This document shows positions 38,157 through 51,991 of a DNA stretch of 64,000 bases, piece after piece. The DNA is from Octopus bimaculoides. Its lineage: Eukaryota. Numbering within the stretch: the first letter of the stretch is position 1; every line of letters starts with the position of its first letter. The DNA lies in contig NC_068984.1 of the NCBI RefSeq assembly GCF_001194135.2, positions 56,579,093 to 56,643,092 on the forward strand, written 5' to 3'. The notes beneath the pieces were generated by a model. It saw nothing but the letters and a program-made list of their open reading frames with translations, was not told where the DNA came from and searched no databases. Position numbers and translations under genes: made by a program.

Positions 38157-38378
38157 TTTATATGTCTGTATGTATTTGTGTGTCTGTGTTTGTTCCTCCA
38201 CCATTGCTTGACAACCAATGTTGGTATGCTTACATCCCGTAACTTAGTGGTTCGGCAAAAGAGACCAATAGAATAAGTACTAAGCTTACAAAGAATAAGT
38301 CCTGGGGTCAGTTTCTTCGACTAAAGGTGGTGCTCCAGCATGGCCACAGTCAAATGACTGAAACAAGTAAAAGAATAT
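38125..38378 (+). mobile_element. SINE family A 3' half (5' half probably in the gap)
   Basis: (TA)n followed by 'gtgtctgtgtttgt...ggttcggcaaaagagaccaatagaataagtac...gactgaaacaagtaaaaga'. Confidence 0.85.
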
Positions 38379-38399
38379 ATATATACACATAAATACATA

Positions 38400-38705
38400 T
38401 CTTTTTCATTATTCCTTTATGTCTGCTTGTCATGTTGGAATGGGCTGGATGGATCATCACACCTCAGGACATTTCTTACTGGGAGCTGCTGCTCCCATTC
38501 ATTGACTAGTTCCTGTGTATCTTATTTGGCTTAGTTCCTATGACTGGATTCAAAGGGCATCCAGCCATAGAAACCAAGTCAAATGATATGTATGTATGCC
38601 AGTCTATTGGAGCTGCAGCTTCCAATAAAAAAATGACTTGGACCATGATGACTCTTTCAAGCCTTACCAGAATGAAAAGGAGATGTAAAATGATGCTGAT
38701 GCTAA
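38400..38705. repeat. Head-to-head inverted pair of RTE-type 3' tails
   Basis: 'ttggcttagttcctatgactggattc' is the reverse complement of 'gcatccagccatagaaaccaagtcaa', and the arms end in opposite (GAT)-like tails. Confidence 0.6.
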
Positions 38706-39258
38706 TGTGATGAATTTATATACCATTCCATTCAGCTATTTTCAATCTACATCTAGATGAAAGTTTATTATGTCATTGCTGGCTTATCCATGCTGGTTGT
38801 AGGCCAATTTGTTTACACTGGCCAGTTGCAGTTTGGAGAGAGTGCTCTTGTGGCTAAGTGATTTAAACTTGGCTTTAGGCACTTAGGTGGAATTTGAATC
38901 TAGAACACAAAGAACTAAAGCAGATTCCACTACTAAGCATCTTGCCCTGTTCCATCAATTCACCAACCCTGCATTAGTACTTTATCTGCTTCAATAGGAA
39001 ATGCAAAACTGACCTCAGCAGATTTGAACTCAGGTTGTAGATAGGAAGAAATATTACAAGGCATTTTTTCCATTGCACTTACAGTTGTAAATTGAGACAC
39101 ATACACCTTATATACAGAAAGTTATATAATTAAGTAGAAACTGTGTTCTAGAAAAATATATAAAAAGTAATCAATACAAGAAGTAGAATCTATAGCTTTT
39201 ATTTTGAAACTGAAACTTCTACAAAATACAACTACTAGTTCCATGTTCACAATCCTTT

Positions 39259-39292
39259 GTTACCTGAAGACTGGGAACATGAAACTTGTAAC
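39259..39292 (+). ncRNA. Possible minimal hammerhead motif
   Basis: GUUAC-CUGAAGA-CUGGGAACAU-GAAA-CUU-GUAAC: perfect 5-bp helix I and an intact core, but helix III is one nucleotide short. Confidence 0.35.
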
Positions 39293-39689
39293 TTGTGAAG
39301 TTTCAAATATACAAGCTTATTTAAATGTCCCTTTAGCATAAGTATAAACCAACTAACAACAGTCAGTTAAACTTCTGAATCTGTGTCTCAGCTTTTCCTC
39401 TCTTAATCCTTCTATCCCACCTCCCACCCACTTTTTCACCCACCTCCCCACTGCATTTATTAAACTCCACTTACTCCTGTCCATCCCCTTGATGGTCATG
39501 GCTCAAGGTTTCCAACATAGCTTGTCTATTGTCTTGCTCTTTATACTATCTTCCACCTCAACTGAGCTGGGTAGTTGAAATAGGTTTTGCAAAAAGTTGA
39601 ACAACATGACCATTACGTTGTGCTGCTTTTAGGACAATAAATATTCTCTCATCTTTTGATAATGACATTTTTACTAAAGGCTATAAAAC

Positions 39690-39850
39690 AATCTTCATCA
39701 TCATCATCATTTCATATCTACTTTCCATGCTGGTATGGGTTGGACAGTTTGATAGGATCCAGTGGGTCTGAGAGTATGCCTACAGCAGGTTTGAGAGTGT
39801 CTCAGTTTTGGCATGGTTTCAATGGCTACATGCCTTCCATTGCTTATTCA
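39690..39850 (-). mobile_element. RTE-type 3' tail fragment
   Basis: 'tcatcatcatcattt...ctttccatgctggtatgggttggacag...ttggcatggtttcaatggct'. Confidence 0.6.
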
Positions 39851-40419
39851 GCAGAGCATGCTTGCTTTGTTTCTTTCTAGTCTTTGCAAGTCCTCTACAT
39901 ACAGGACCCTTGTCTTGTGACCATATAGCAATGCAGTTCATACACAAACATTATACAGTCTACCTTTTTCTCTGAAAGAAAAATCTTTTGTTACCAACAG
40001 AAATAATTTGGTTCCCAGAATTTTCTTCATCTTGTTCTAAGGCTGATCCAAAAGTATAATCAGAGTTTCTCATTGCTAACTGGATTACTGAGGCGACAGA
40101 AACCATCTGCTACTTCTAGGAATCTAAAAAGATCCCTAGAAGTAAAAATTGTATTTAAAAAGCAAGATTGTGTTTTTAAAAAAACTGTATATAAAATTGT
40201 AACAAAATAAAAATGAAAATTTATATATTGCATTGTGTGTGCATATGCATATGTATGTATATATGTGTGTATGTATCTATTTTTATTATATATATATATA
40301 TACATGTATATATGTATATTTGTTAAGGTATTGTTTCTTTAATATGTAAGTTACCAACATTTTTATTGATGCTCTTGATGGAAATTTTTACATTTGTATT
40401 CTGGTAGCAATAGCTGTTG

Positions 40420-41130
40420 AGATACCTTTTAACAGACAAACCTGACATTTTCATGTACTATTTGTATATATGCCTGTCAAAACAGAAGTAGTTGTTGTTC
40501 ATATTCATAGATAACAGTGGCTATGTATCCAAGGGAGATAAAGCAAAACAGTCTCCATTGCTTGAAGAAAGATAATTTGTTTGGAAATCACAACTGTGAA
40601 TGACACCTACATCTGTTTTGACAAGTGCATATACAAACAGGTTGTAAGATTATCAATGGGCTTGAGCTTATCAGGGTTATTAATGATCTTAGGCATGGAA
40701 ATGGTGAAGTACAGAGTGTTTATTATTTGCATCCTCTTGCACGTTCTTTGAGATATGCTCTCTTACTCATTTCAGCCTTGTAGCTGCTGTTATGCTGGAT
40801 CACTTTGATAACATTTTTATGAAACACTGGATGGAATCAAAATTCCATTAACTCTTTGATATTCAATAACTTTTAAAAGTAAAATATCAGCTTCTACAAA
40901 CATTCGGGACATAAAGATTTGTTTCGCCACTTCCAATCAGCTCTGCTGCTTAAGTGCTAATTCATTATATCAATGATATAGGAAACAAGAATACCTTTTG
41001 TGAGTGATCTGTATCAGAACACGTGCCCTGGGCAACGCATCAAACTGCGCATCTTGTGGTGGAACTTCAACTCAGAAGTTCAGGAATTTGGTGGAGAAAA
41101 CAGAGTTATCTCTTAGTTATCACTACTCTG
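40420..41130 (+). mobile_element. Degenerate Penelope-like element RT remnant
   Basis: 'NDTYICFDKCIYKQVVRLSMGLSLSGLLMILGME' resembles the PLE RT motif TYFxFxGxxYxQxxGxxMGSPLSPxLAxIxME; 'IPFVSDL' downstream resembles LPYxxG. Confidence 0.55.
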
Positions 41131-42436
41131 AGGTCAGCTTTGGGGTGGTAGCACATGTCAAGGGCCTCAGTTATGGGTCATATAACAGAATGTGGTGCAA
41201 TGACTAAAGCATATTGGGGTCAGGAGTGCTGGCCCCTAAACATATGTCAGACAGGCCTACGGGTGTGTTGGCATACCTTGATGTTATATGAACTAGTCAT
41301 ATTACCTAAAAATTATATAGGCTTTGTTCTTTGAGGGTGAGCTCCAAAGAGCTGGAGATTAGTAAAGTAAATCAAAAATAAAGCAGAAAGTAACAAGAAA
41401 CCACCATTGTATCTTTCCAAGAAAAATCATGAATCTTTAGATTTTGATGACATGCAAGTCCATGATTGCTGGCACCAGTAGGCATGATATCTGTAGTGAG
41501 AGAGATTAGAATATAGCCATAAAAGAGCAATAAAAAGATGGATATAAAACAAAAGAATTGTCCAAAATTCTTGCTAATTTAGGCACCTTATTCAAATGCA
41601 TGTTTTATATCTAAGTGATTACTTATTATTTCCCAAGTAAATTCTGATCGTGCAGACCTATGGCCAAAAGCATTTCAGCTATGACAATTTTTAAAAACTT
41701 ATCTTTCTTTTTTTTGATATGAAAGAAAATGAAGGAAATTTGACTGGTATTGGTAGCAGGTCATGTAACAATTTTTTCAGGTCATCAGTAATTTTGTGGT
41801 ACAGAGAGAAGAGTTGAACATTAAATCCACCTGTCTGAGGTCTTCTTTAAAAAGCTGTCTTTACAACAATAGAACCTCTGATTGCAACAGAATATGAACA
41901 CTGCTTGATTGAAAATGCTGATAAATTCTTTAAAGCTTATATGTAAGACATAACAATTTTTACAAAGGCAGAATCATGTATTTACTATTTATTAGACATT
42001 AGGGAGTTCTTGAATATGGCAGCCTGATCTATTTAAAATCAACTTGACAGCTGCCAGAATAACAGAAATTATGGTTACTATCAAGAATTTTGATGGAAAC
42101 CTTGGTTATTTATGTTTTAAAAAAGCAATACAGTTAAAGCATTTAAAATCACAAATTTGCAATGGTCATGAGTTCCTCAACTGTCAGTTGTTTATTGTAT
42201 GATTTGAAAATTACTGTGCACATGTCTTTACATCTCTGTTTATCTCATAATGGGTTGGGTGTGTTTACAGTTAACTCCTTGTTTTACATATTTCAGTTCA
42301 TGATATAGGTTGTTTAAGCTGAATCACTGAATAAATTACTCCCAATTTTGCATTGTTAAATGTCTTTTATTACCTTTCTGATTTTGTCCATTGCCTCAAG
42401 TAAACTAGCAGTTTTACTTATATCTGAATGTGTGCA

Positions 42437-42485
<49 letters not shown>

Positions 42486-43029
42486 CAAGTTAGATAATGT
42501 CTATATATTGTGATTTAGATGCATAAACACCAAGATGCTCATTGCATACTTGAGGTAAAGCATGTAGTTAGTTATGTATCTGGAGGTAAATATGTATTTA
42601 GATGCATTCCCTGGTTTTACATAAATATCTGTGTACATATCAATGATTCCAGAAGATGCTAAGTAGAAGATCATTATTGCCCACATACATACCTTTATGA
42701 AACCATGGTATAGACACATCTGATTACCTTTGGAAGTAGGTACACATTTGCATGCACGAATCTTCACAGATATACATTCCCACGCAGGCACATGTTTTAC
42801 AAAGCATTATCTAATTACCATAAATCCAACCATAAGAACTAAGCCTTCCTCTCTACCTAACTTTTAGAACTTCCTCCTAAATGATTGTTCTCCCATGCCA
42901 GTGATTAGCAACACTTAAAACTTTCTCATTTTTCATGTTCTCCTTGCTCTTTTACCAGTTCATCATACATCCCCTGCCCTCTCCTCACCCACTCTACTTA
43001 CCTGTGTCTCTGATATGATTGACCCTCTT

Positions 43030-43264
43030 ATCTTTTATCTTTTATGTGTTTCAGTCATAATACTGCAGCTATGCTGGGGCACCACCTTGAAGAACTTTTA
43101 GTCAAATGAATTGAACCCAGGACTTCTTTTTCAAAGCCTGGTACTTATTCTATCAGTCTTTTTTACTGAACTGCTTAGTTATGGGGAAGTAAACAAACCA
43201 ACACTAGTTGTCAAGTGGTGATGGGGGACAAACACAGACACAAAGATATACACACACAAACATG

Positions 43265-43318
<54 letters not shown>

Positions 43319-43432
43319 GGGGCAAGGGTTTTGTAGAAGACTCTTGCCCAAAGTGCCATGCAGTGGGACTGAACCTGGAACCATGTGCTTGGGAAGCAAG
43401 ATTCTTACCACACAGCCATGCTTGTGCCTCCA
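43030..43432 (-). mobile_element. SINE family A, full length
   Basis: Collinear with 21190-21595; internal (TA)n at 43267-43312. Confidence 0.88.
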
Positions 43433-44165
43433 ACTGAACATGTTATGGGTTTTCTCAGATGAGAATAGTTTCTGCCAGGATCAGATGGTGAACACACAGA
43501 ACAACTGTTGGTTTGCTGTGTCCACAAAACATGTTGACATCCAGTCGACAACATGGTGTTTGGAGTGATCACTAGTGATGGTGAGGTTATACCTCCATTT
43601 ATCTTCCCACATGGCCTTACACTCAACACAAAGGCCTACATCAAGTGCCTGGAGGAGGTAGTGCTGCCCTGGGTCAAGAAGGGGGCTGCTGGAAGACCCT
43701 GTATCTGGCAACAGTACTCTACACCATGCCACAGAAGCAGGAGAACCCCGTCATGACTGTCAGACAATTCCTGCAACCACATCACCCCTAACATCTGGCT
43801 ACCTAACTCTCCAGACTGCAACCCCCTTGATTATTATGTGTGGGGTGCAGGATTATTATGTGTGGGGTGCAGTTGAATGAGAGACCAACAAAACTCCTTG
43901 TAACACCAAAGATGAACTGAAGGCTAGGATTATGGCAACATTCGCCAACTTAAACAAGGAGACCTTCCAAGAAGAGTTGCAGGAGATGCTGAAGTCATCT
44001 GGAGGCTGTGGTTGAAGCCAATGGCAATTTTATTGAATAAAGATTTACTCCTTAATATTTCAAGATATTTTTATGTAATTTTGGTAAATATATCTGTTAA
44101 AATGAAATGTTCATGTTATTTTCATTTTTGCTTAATTTAGATGACAATTTATTCACCGCACCCTG
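43433..44165 (+). mobile_element. Tc1/mariner DD37D (maT-type) transposase relic with right TIR
   Basis: 'WVFSDEN' (D1), 'WQQYSTPCH' (D2 changed to Y) and 'WLPNSPDCNPLDYYVW' (D3), with 37 residues between D2 and D3. It ends '...attcaccgcaccctg' plus TA and has a 22-bp internal duplication at 43829-43872. Confidence 0.9.
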
Positions 44166-45221
44166 TATANNNNNNNNNNNNNNNNNNNNNNNNNNNNATA
44201 TATATACACATTTGCATATATGTATGTATATAAATTTATACATCTATGTGTATATAGCCCTCTGTGTTTATGTTAGCTAAGTATTTTCTGGAAAAAAAAA
44301 AAAAAAATTATTACAGAAGTTAAAAAATGTTTGCCTATTTGAAAATATTTTACTGACTTTAATTTAATCAAAGCAACATCTATCAGAAATCTCTTTTGTT
44401 TTGAAAATACCAAAATATTAATATTGAAGTTGTTAAATGAATTATTAGGCATCAAAAGTAACATAAATTGAAGTATTTGCTAACTGAAGAAAGAAACCTA
44501 CAAGTTTATCACTGAAATCTAAACTATTGAGACTGTTATGTCATAAGAGAAAAAAGATGGTAAGATAGGAATTCAGAATGTTTTCTGTAGCATCTAGGGC
44601 CTTGTTTTCTTTTGCTAGTTTCTTATCTGTTTAAAATATAGAAGGTGTATCTTAAAATAGCAGTTGTTATATATAAGTATCTAGCTATACATGCATGCAT
44701 GCATACATACATACACATGTGTGTGTGTGTGTGTGTAAGAACTGATATTTAAAATTCTTCTATTGCAGTAAATCTAAGATGCCTGGAAATGTCATTTCTG
44801 AATAAAATGATATGAAATTCATTCATTTCTATGCCAAGAGGCTGCAAGCTGTATTTCTCTCAAAATTAACAGAATAAAAAAAAAATGCTAAGAAAAATAA
44901 ATATATAAATAAAATCCAGTAAAATCCTAGAAAAACAAAGTAAAGAAAGGTTGAATGTTAGTAATTTTAAACACACCCTTTGCTTCCTCTATTAGTTTGA
45001 CTGACCTTTTAAATGATCATTTGATGTATAAATTGTTTAGGTTCAGCTTTTGGGTGGTAATTGTGCACTCCACTGCAACAGTTTTGAAATTTATACAAAT
45101 AATATAATTTATTTAAAGAAGCTTATTGCATAAGAGATTTCCCCTCCCTAGTGGATTACTATCTCTATAAAAGTAAAATGAATTATGAACAATCACGAAA
45201 AATAAATTTACAATCATCACT

Positions 45222-45412
45222 ATTACTCTTTAACTTGTTTCAGCCATTTGACTGTGGCCATACTGGAGCACCACCTTTAGTCGAGCAAATTGACCCCAGG
45301 ACTTAATCTTTGGAAGCCTAGTACTTATTCTATCGGTCTCTTTTGCCGAACTGCTAAGTTACGGGGACGTAAACACACCACCATCGGTTGTCAAGCGATG
45401 TTGGGGGGACAA

Positions 45413-45463
<51 letters not shown>

Positions 45464-45628
45464 CGACGGGCTTCTTTCAGTTTCTGTCTACTAAATCCAC
45501 TCACAAGGCTTTGGTCGGCCCAAGGCTATAATGGAAGACACTTACCCAAGGTGCCACGCAGTGGGAATGAACCCGGAACCATGTGGTTGGTAAGTAAGCT
45601 ACTTACCACACAGCCACTCCTGCGCCTG
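45222..45628 (-). mobile_element. SINE family A, full length, CpG-rich (young)
   Basis: Retains many CpGs that are lost in other copies. Confidence 0.92.
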
Positions 45629-46129
45629 ATAAGTTAGACCTGCTTTCCAGATCATGTTAACAGAAAAAGTGAATGCATTATGCTCCTAATCATGTGTGTG
45701 TGTGTGTGTGTGTTTGTGTGTGTAGGGATATGGTTGACTGGATAAAGTATTGGAGTATTTGCTCTTAAGTTAATGGTTTAAATCCTCAGTAGGTGTTTAG
45801 TTGCACTGCATCATTTCCTCTAGTTGCTGGGTATTATATTGCATGTTATATTTAGTGTGCACCAATGCTTTCCATGTTAAACTCATTTGGCTGGGTGCAT
45901 CCAATGCAGTGCTATACCTTTTCTTTTATTGATTTCAGTCATCAGACTGCATTCATAATGGAGTACTTGCTTTTGAGGGTATTAGTCAATTACATCAACC
46001 TCAGTACTTTATTTTGTACTTATTCTATTAGTGTCGTAAAGAGAAATGGTAAAGTCAACCTTGGTATAAAGGGATGTAACCAGTGTTTGCTCAACAAGGC
46101 ATTTTTGCACTGCTATCCCTCACTGATAT

Positions 46130-46320
46130 AATACATATAACACACACACACACACAATTTATGGGCTTCAGCAGTTTTCTTCTATCAAATTTCACTCAAA
46201 GGCTTTGGTTGACCTAAAGCTATGGTTGAAGACACTTGTGAAGGTGCCATACAAAGCAATTGACCCCAGAAGCATGTGATTGTGAAACAAACTTTTTGAT
46301 TGCATAACCATGTTTGTCCC
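46130..46320 (-). mobile_element. SINE family A 5' half, degraded
   Basis: 'ggctttggttgacctaaagctatggttgaagacacttg...aaggtgcc'. Confidence 0.6.
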
Positions 46321-46439
46321 CTATATTTCTATTTCTATAATTTTGAGCTATATTTACACCCACATTCTTGTTAGTACCTGGGCAAATTATTTGCTGTTAT
46401 AACCTGTCATTGAAATTCCTTCAAGAAAACCTTTTCATA

Positions 46440-47300
46440 GTGTATGTCATCATCATCTTCATTGTCTTTTTGGGTTAGATAGTTTGAGAGGATCTGATGG
46501 ATTGGAGATATATGCTGTGTTTCAATGACTGCTTTGGCATGATTTCTACAGATGGATGCCCTTCCCAAAGCCAACCAGTTTACAGAATGTACTGGGTGCT
46601 TTTTTGTAGCACTAGGACTAATGAGGTCAGTGTAATTTGCAAGACTAAGATTCCCTTTGGCTTAGTGGGACTACAATCAAGAGGGATCAACTTTGTGCTA
46701 GATGATAAGAAGTTAAACCATGAAAGAAGCTGCAACAGGTCTTTTACTGTGGAGGAGATATATGGCAACTCGCATTATACATTTGCGGGTAGAAGTAGTC
46801 AGAGTGGAGTTGGAAAGAGAAGTAAAGATGGTAATGTCAAGGTATCAGAGTGCTCCCTCAAGATACAAGAAGGTAAAGAGAAGTGAGATAGAACAGGAAA
46901 ACAGGAAAGGTGGATGGGTAGAGGCTGCACATTTGTATGGGGAGAGTGAATGATGTTTAGAGATGGAGTAGGGGTATTAGGGTGAATATAATTAAAAATG
47001 AACAAGAGTTGAGAGGTAATTGATGATAGATAAGGATTGAAAAAATGGTAAGGGAGAATAGGAGATGACTGTAAAAATTGGATAGAGTTAGTAGATGCAG
47101 TGAATGGTGAACAAAGGTGGAAGGGTGATTGATGATGCATGTGAGTTGAAGAGAAGGTGACAATTGTAGGAGAGTAGGCGATAACTGGCTGTACAATAGT
47201 GGAGTGAAGGGCAGAATAATAATAATAATGATAATATTAATAACAATAATAATAATACAGCAGGTAGAGGAAGGTGAGAGAAAGGGAGATGGTGTGTGGG
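46440..47300 (-). mobile_element. Composite non-autonomous element, second copy (RTE tail plus pyrimidine-rich body)
   Basis: Same order of segments as 18085-18800. Confidence 0.5.
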
Positions 47301-48649
47301 GGATAGATCCATAACTCAAAAAAATGATAGTATTGTTAGCATTTAGTTACATTCTAAGTTCAAATCTTGCTAGTGTTGACTTTGTCTTTCATTCTTCTTC
47401 TGATGATAAAAAAAATACAAGTAGAAATCAAATAAAACCCTTGAATGTTGTGATCCAGCATGGATACAACACAGTGACTGTGATCAACAAAACAGTAAAA
47501 ATAGAAGAGGTATTGGTAAAGTATATACAATATAGACATAGTTTTCTGTATGTATTTCTTTGTCTTTTTCCTTTTTCATAGTAAATTTAGGAACAGTTTT
47601 TACTTACCTAGCACACCCAGTAATAGTTATTTTAATCTCTTATAACTATGATTGGGTGATGTTGGCACAAATGATAAATCTACTAATATTGAGTGAAACA
47701 AATATTCAATCTCTAATTTATTTATTGATTTATTGTATGATCTAAGCTACATATTGTATAAACAGAAATTAATAAAATTTACTTTGGTAACACTTTAGTT
47801 TCTAGTCAAGTCTAATCTTGATAGATTTAGCTGTTTGTATTTATTACAACACTGCATTTTAACACTTTTAAATCTAAAACAGCCAACATTAACCAAAATT
47901 TGGTCTAAAGTGTAAACTGATTACACATAATTGCAGAAAGCTCTTATATAGAGTTATATATTCATGACTATTTATGAATATATAACAGTTATACATTCAG
48001 AACTATTTCACTCTCTAATTACAGAATTTACAATATATGAATATAATTATTGTCAGTTGCTGTGGTTTAAAAACTTTTAAAACTGTGGTTAGAGAGTTAG
48101 TTCAGGCTAATTGTAACATCTCTTGTAAATATCTTATCAGATTGTTTCTAGTACTCTTATCAAATAATAGTAAAGAAAGCATGTGAACAAGCCTGTATGC
48201 AACCAAGAATATGTGCCTACATTTGTATTGATTCTTCTGGTTTGAGCATTTATTGTTATAATCATTGTGAAACTAGGTATACTCTGATCAACCAGTCTTG
48301 TGGAACACAGGTAACTTGTTGAATACCTACCTGTGAATCAAAGGTCTATTGTCTCAGTTATACCATGTTACTGCCTAACTGAGGACTATGCTGCACATAT
48401 TGACATGCAGTGAGAAATTGTTTGGGGTGTACTGTGACTACCTGGACAAGTTGTACCCTCTCTAGCCTATATCTATACATCCAGGGACTCTGGTGGTGGC
48501 AGGCACAGTGGTATCTGATTACAATGTGACAGTGATTGTTCTTTTTCACTTAACTGTGGTGCTGTGCATTGCAGCGCTGTGTTTACAACTATTTCCGTGT
48601 GTGTGTGTGTGTGTGTGTTTTATTTAGACAAGATTCTTAGTGTGTTGTT

Positions 48650-49020
48650 GTAATGTTCTGGGGGCATGTTGTATATGCATCTCGGTGTCTGAAAGTGGTT
48701 TTTCATGCAGTAACAGAGACTGTAGGAGTTGTGGCTTGTTTAGTAACAAACTTTACTCATTGCATGCTCAGTTGCCCTTTCAGTTTTAGCTTTCGTTTTG
48801 CAGGTGATCTGCAGGTGTGGTCTGTGCACAACCTGTAATGAAGTATGATGTGCTGTTTAGTGGTCTGTTATGGAGAGATTGGAGAAACCCAGGTAGGGTG
48901 GATCTAATGTATTGTTTGTACATGATAGTTGTTCCATTTTGTTGCGCAATTGAGGTACTGTGATTACTCTAGGTATGTTTGTGCACTGTTTTGCATTTTT
49001 CTATGTTCTGTCAATGTTGA
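48650..49020 (-). mobile_element. Degenerate I/Jockey-group LINE RT C-terminal fragment
   Basis: Minus strand reads 'TIMYKQYIRSTL' followed by a decayed QNxALRxATG-like segment. Confidence 0.4.
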
Positions 49021-49049
49021 GAAAATACCTCATGTAATATATATTAAAG

Positions 49050-49360
49050 TGGCTTTTATCTTTGGGCTCCTTTGATTATTATTTTATTCTGGTGGACTCC
49101 CATAGCTATTTGATGCTTAAAAACTAGTTTCAAGTATACTTCCAAAATTCCTATTTTGTTTTTCACTCATTAACTTGTGTAGGTTGAATTATGCAAAATG
49201 TTAGAGAAAGAAACTTAGCTGATTCTTGCAATACATACCAATACATACAATTGAAACAAAATTTATTCAGGGACCCTTAAAATACTATTGTGGATCCCCA
49301 ATTTACTATTTTGTTGCGTGGACTCCAAAAATCTTATATGGATCATGGGTGAGAACCACT
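49050..49360. mobile_element. hAT/Charlie-type MITE; right end clear, left end degraded
   Basis: Ends 'gggtgagaaccactg' followed by ATCTAGTA (NTCTAGAN-like target). Confidence 0.45.
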
Positions 49361-49562
49361 GATCTAGTATTTCTCTCTTCTCTGTATGTAGCTTATGTTG
49401 TTGTGATGCTTGATGGTATTTGATCATTTCTGGGGCTGGAGATTGGATTTGGTAAAAAAAATAGCTATTTATAAACACTGTTGGTAGTACATTTACTAAA
49501 ATTCATGTGAGATTTTCATTATGCAGAACTCTATTTTGTGTGTGTGTGTGTGNNNNNNNNNN

Positions 49563-49612
<50 letters not shown>

Positions 49613-49618
49613 GTGAGT
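49563..49618. repeat. (GA)n microsatellite next to a gap and a (GT)n tract
   Basis: Direct inspection. Confidence 0.9.
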
Positions 49619-49720
49619 ATGTTTGCTTTAATTCTTTTGCTGTCTAGTGTAAACTTTCACAATGTGAGAAAAACTGTATTTGTAATATCTGCATTTGAAT
49701 ATAAACACTTGAAGAGAGAT

Positions 49721-49760
<40 letters not shown>

Positions 49761-51991
49761 CACATACTTGCAAAGCATAATCCATTCCCATAAATTTATG
49801 AAAAATATACTTCTTTCATAAGACATAAATTTATGCTCAGTGTAACAATATTTGTCTACATGAAAAGTATACAACTGAATTTAAACCTCCATAAAAATTC
49901 ACTCACCACAAAATATATGTAGAAATATTGTTACTATGCTGTCATAAGTTAAATAATCAGTATCATAAGTGCAGATGCTAATGTGCACTATTAGACTTTG
50001 ATGTTATCAGTTTGGTTTGGAAATGGTTTTCTTAGTCTACTTCAATATCCTGGAAGAAAATAAAATTGTTATCTTTTATTAGAACTCTTGTATTGAAGAG
50101 ATGTAGAAATAATGCAAATTTTAAACATGATTGCATATATATTCCATTGCATGTTCTCTGATAAATAGTGAAGGTATTACAGATTTTTTTTCTTGGGATT
50201 TTACAGCTTATAATTTGTCTAAAATTATAGCTGTCATCTTACAACTGGCTGCATAGTTAAACATGGACAAACCAGCAGTTTCCTTGCTTGGTTTCCAAAC
50301 ACAAGCTAGAAGGCTAATCTCTATGAATTACAATCTCAATAGGTATTCTAATGAGAAATTTATTACTTTACATGATGTCCTGTATTTTTTCATCATATGC
50401 TTTTCCTATTTGTTTTATTCCTAACCCTTTTCTTTGCAATTTGGTTCTACATAACTTTCACTTATTCTTTCTATCCTATGTTTCTACCCAACCCCTTACA
50501 TAGACTAAAGGCTCATTATAAGTTTTTAGGTTAAGATATCATTTAGCTTTTAGTAACATGTTGAATAATTCAGCTTTAACCTAACATTAGTTCCTATTTA
50601 GCGTGATGGCTCAATACTCTCACTTTCTCACTCCCCTGAAGATTTTGGCTTAATGACAATCCTATATTCTATTTAAAAGATTTTGCAATTTTTTTCTTAC
50701 ATAGTTACTTTTTAGTCTGTCATCAATCTCTGCTTGAGAATGTACATATACATGTTGCAGCTTCACACCAAGATAAACAGATAGAACACATTGAATAGCA
50801 CATTAAGTTTTCAGGTAGATTTTTAATCATGTGGAAAGAAACAAAGTGTTGGTCATAGAATCCGAATTTCTATTTTTTCTTTAAGCGACGTTGGTGTCGT
50901 AGTTGTTGTTTGACTTTACATCATCTCTAATCAGGCAGCTATGCATTCTGACCTTGCCTTTAAAGGTTATCTAGATTATATTGTCTAATGTGCCTTTCCC
51001 TTTATATAGGAAGATAGCAGTGTAATTTGAGAATGACATGGCTGCTATTTTTAACAGATCAAGTGACCTCATAGATTTCAGATTCGGAACAGTGAAATAT
51101 ATTTCAATCTTAAATTGAAACCATTATCTCAATTTCTTTATCTGTCTAGTAATTCAGATTTTCATGTTTTAAAAAACAATGTTACATTATAGATTATTCA
51201 AGTTGGTATGTCCACAATATCCAATTATCTCCTTTATTGTTCATGATGTAAATCTCTTTCTTCAGATTTCCTCTAATTATCAGCCATTTACCAACTGTTT
51301 TCACAAGCAAGGTAATTGAGAAGAAGGTTGTTTTATATTGCATCAATGAAAGGAAAAGATAACACGAGAAAAATATATATTTCCAAAGATTTGAAATATA
51401 CAACACTGTTGATAATTAACTGAAAAGTGATAGATCACAAGAAGGCACTAATTTTCTATCTTTAATTAGAAACCAGTGTAACAGATCAATCAGAAAGGTT
51501 AGCTCATGTTGAGCACAATTGTACATTTTTCACATATTCAGAGCAATCAAAGATGCAAAAGTGCCAACAGTTGTGAAACTTTGTGGCTTGTGATATATTT
51601 TTCTACTCTTACTGTGATTTATGTTCACCCTTTATTTCTATTGGATCTATCTGCAATATTTGATGCAATCTATTATAATTATTATTTTCAAATGACCTGT
51701 GTAGTATATATTCAAAGCATGAATACATATATACACACATGCATGCATACATACATACATACATAAAAGTGCATTGAATAAAATTATTTTGCACTATTTT
51801 TTATGTGTTGTACACACACACCCCTCTGTTACTCCCACCCTTGGAAATACAGCAGGAAATTAATGATTGACCTGTGGGAAACCTATAAGCAATAAAGTTA
51901 TTTACAGAATGCATTGAACTCAGAATGCACTGACTTCATCTATGGGAATACCTCAATTAGGTATATAAAAGAATTTTAGAATCCCCTATAT

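Noticed and set aside
50230-50680. Possible very old Penelope GIY-YIG remnant ('HGQTSSFLAWF') with a terminal CTGAAGA
   Set aside because: Similarity is too weak to call by eye, and the hammerhead second strand is missing.
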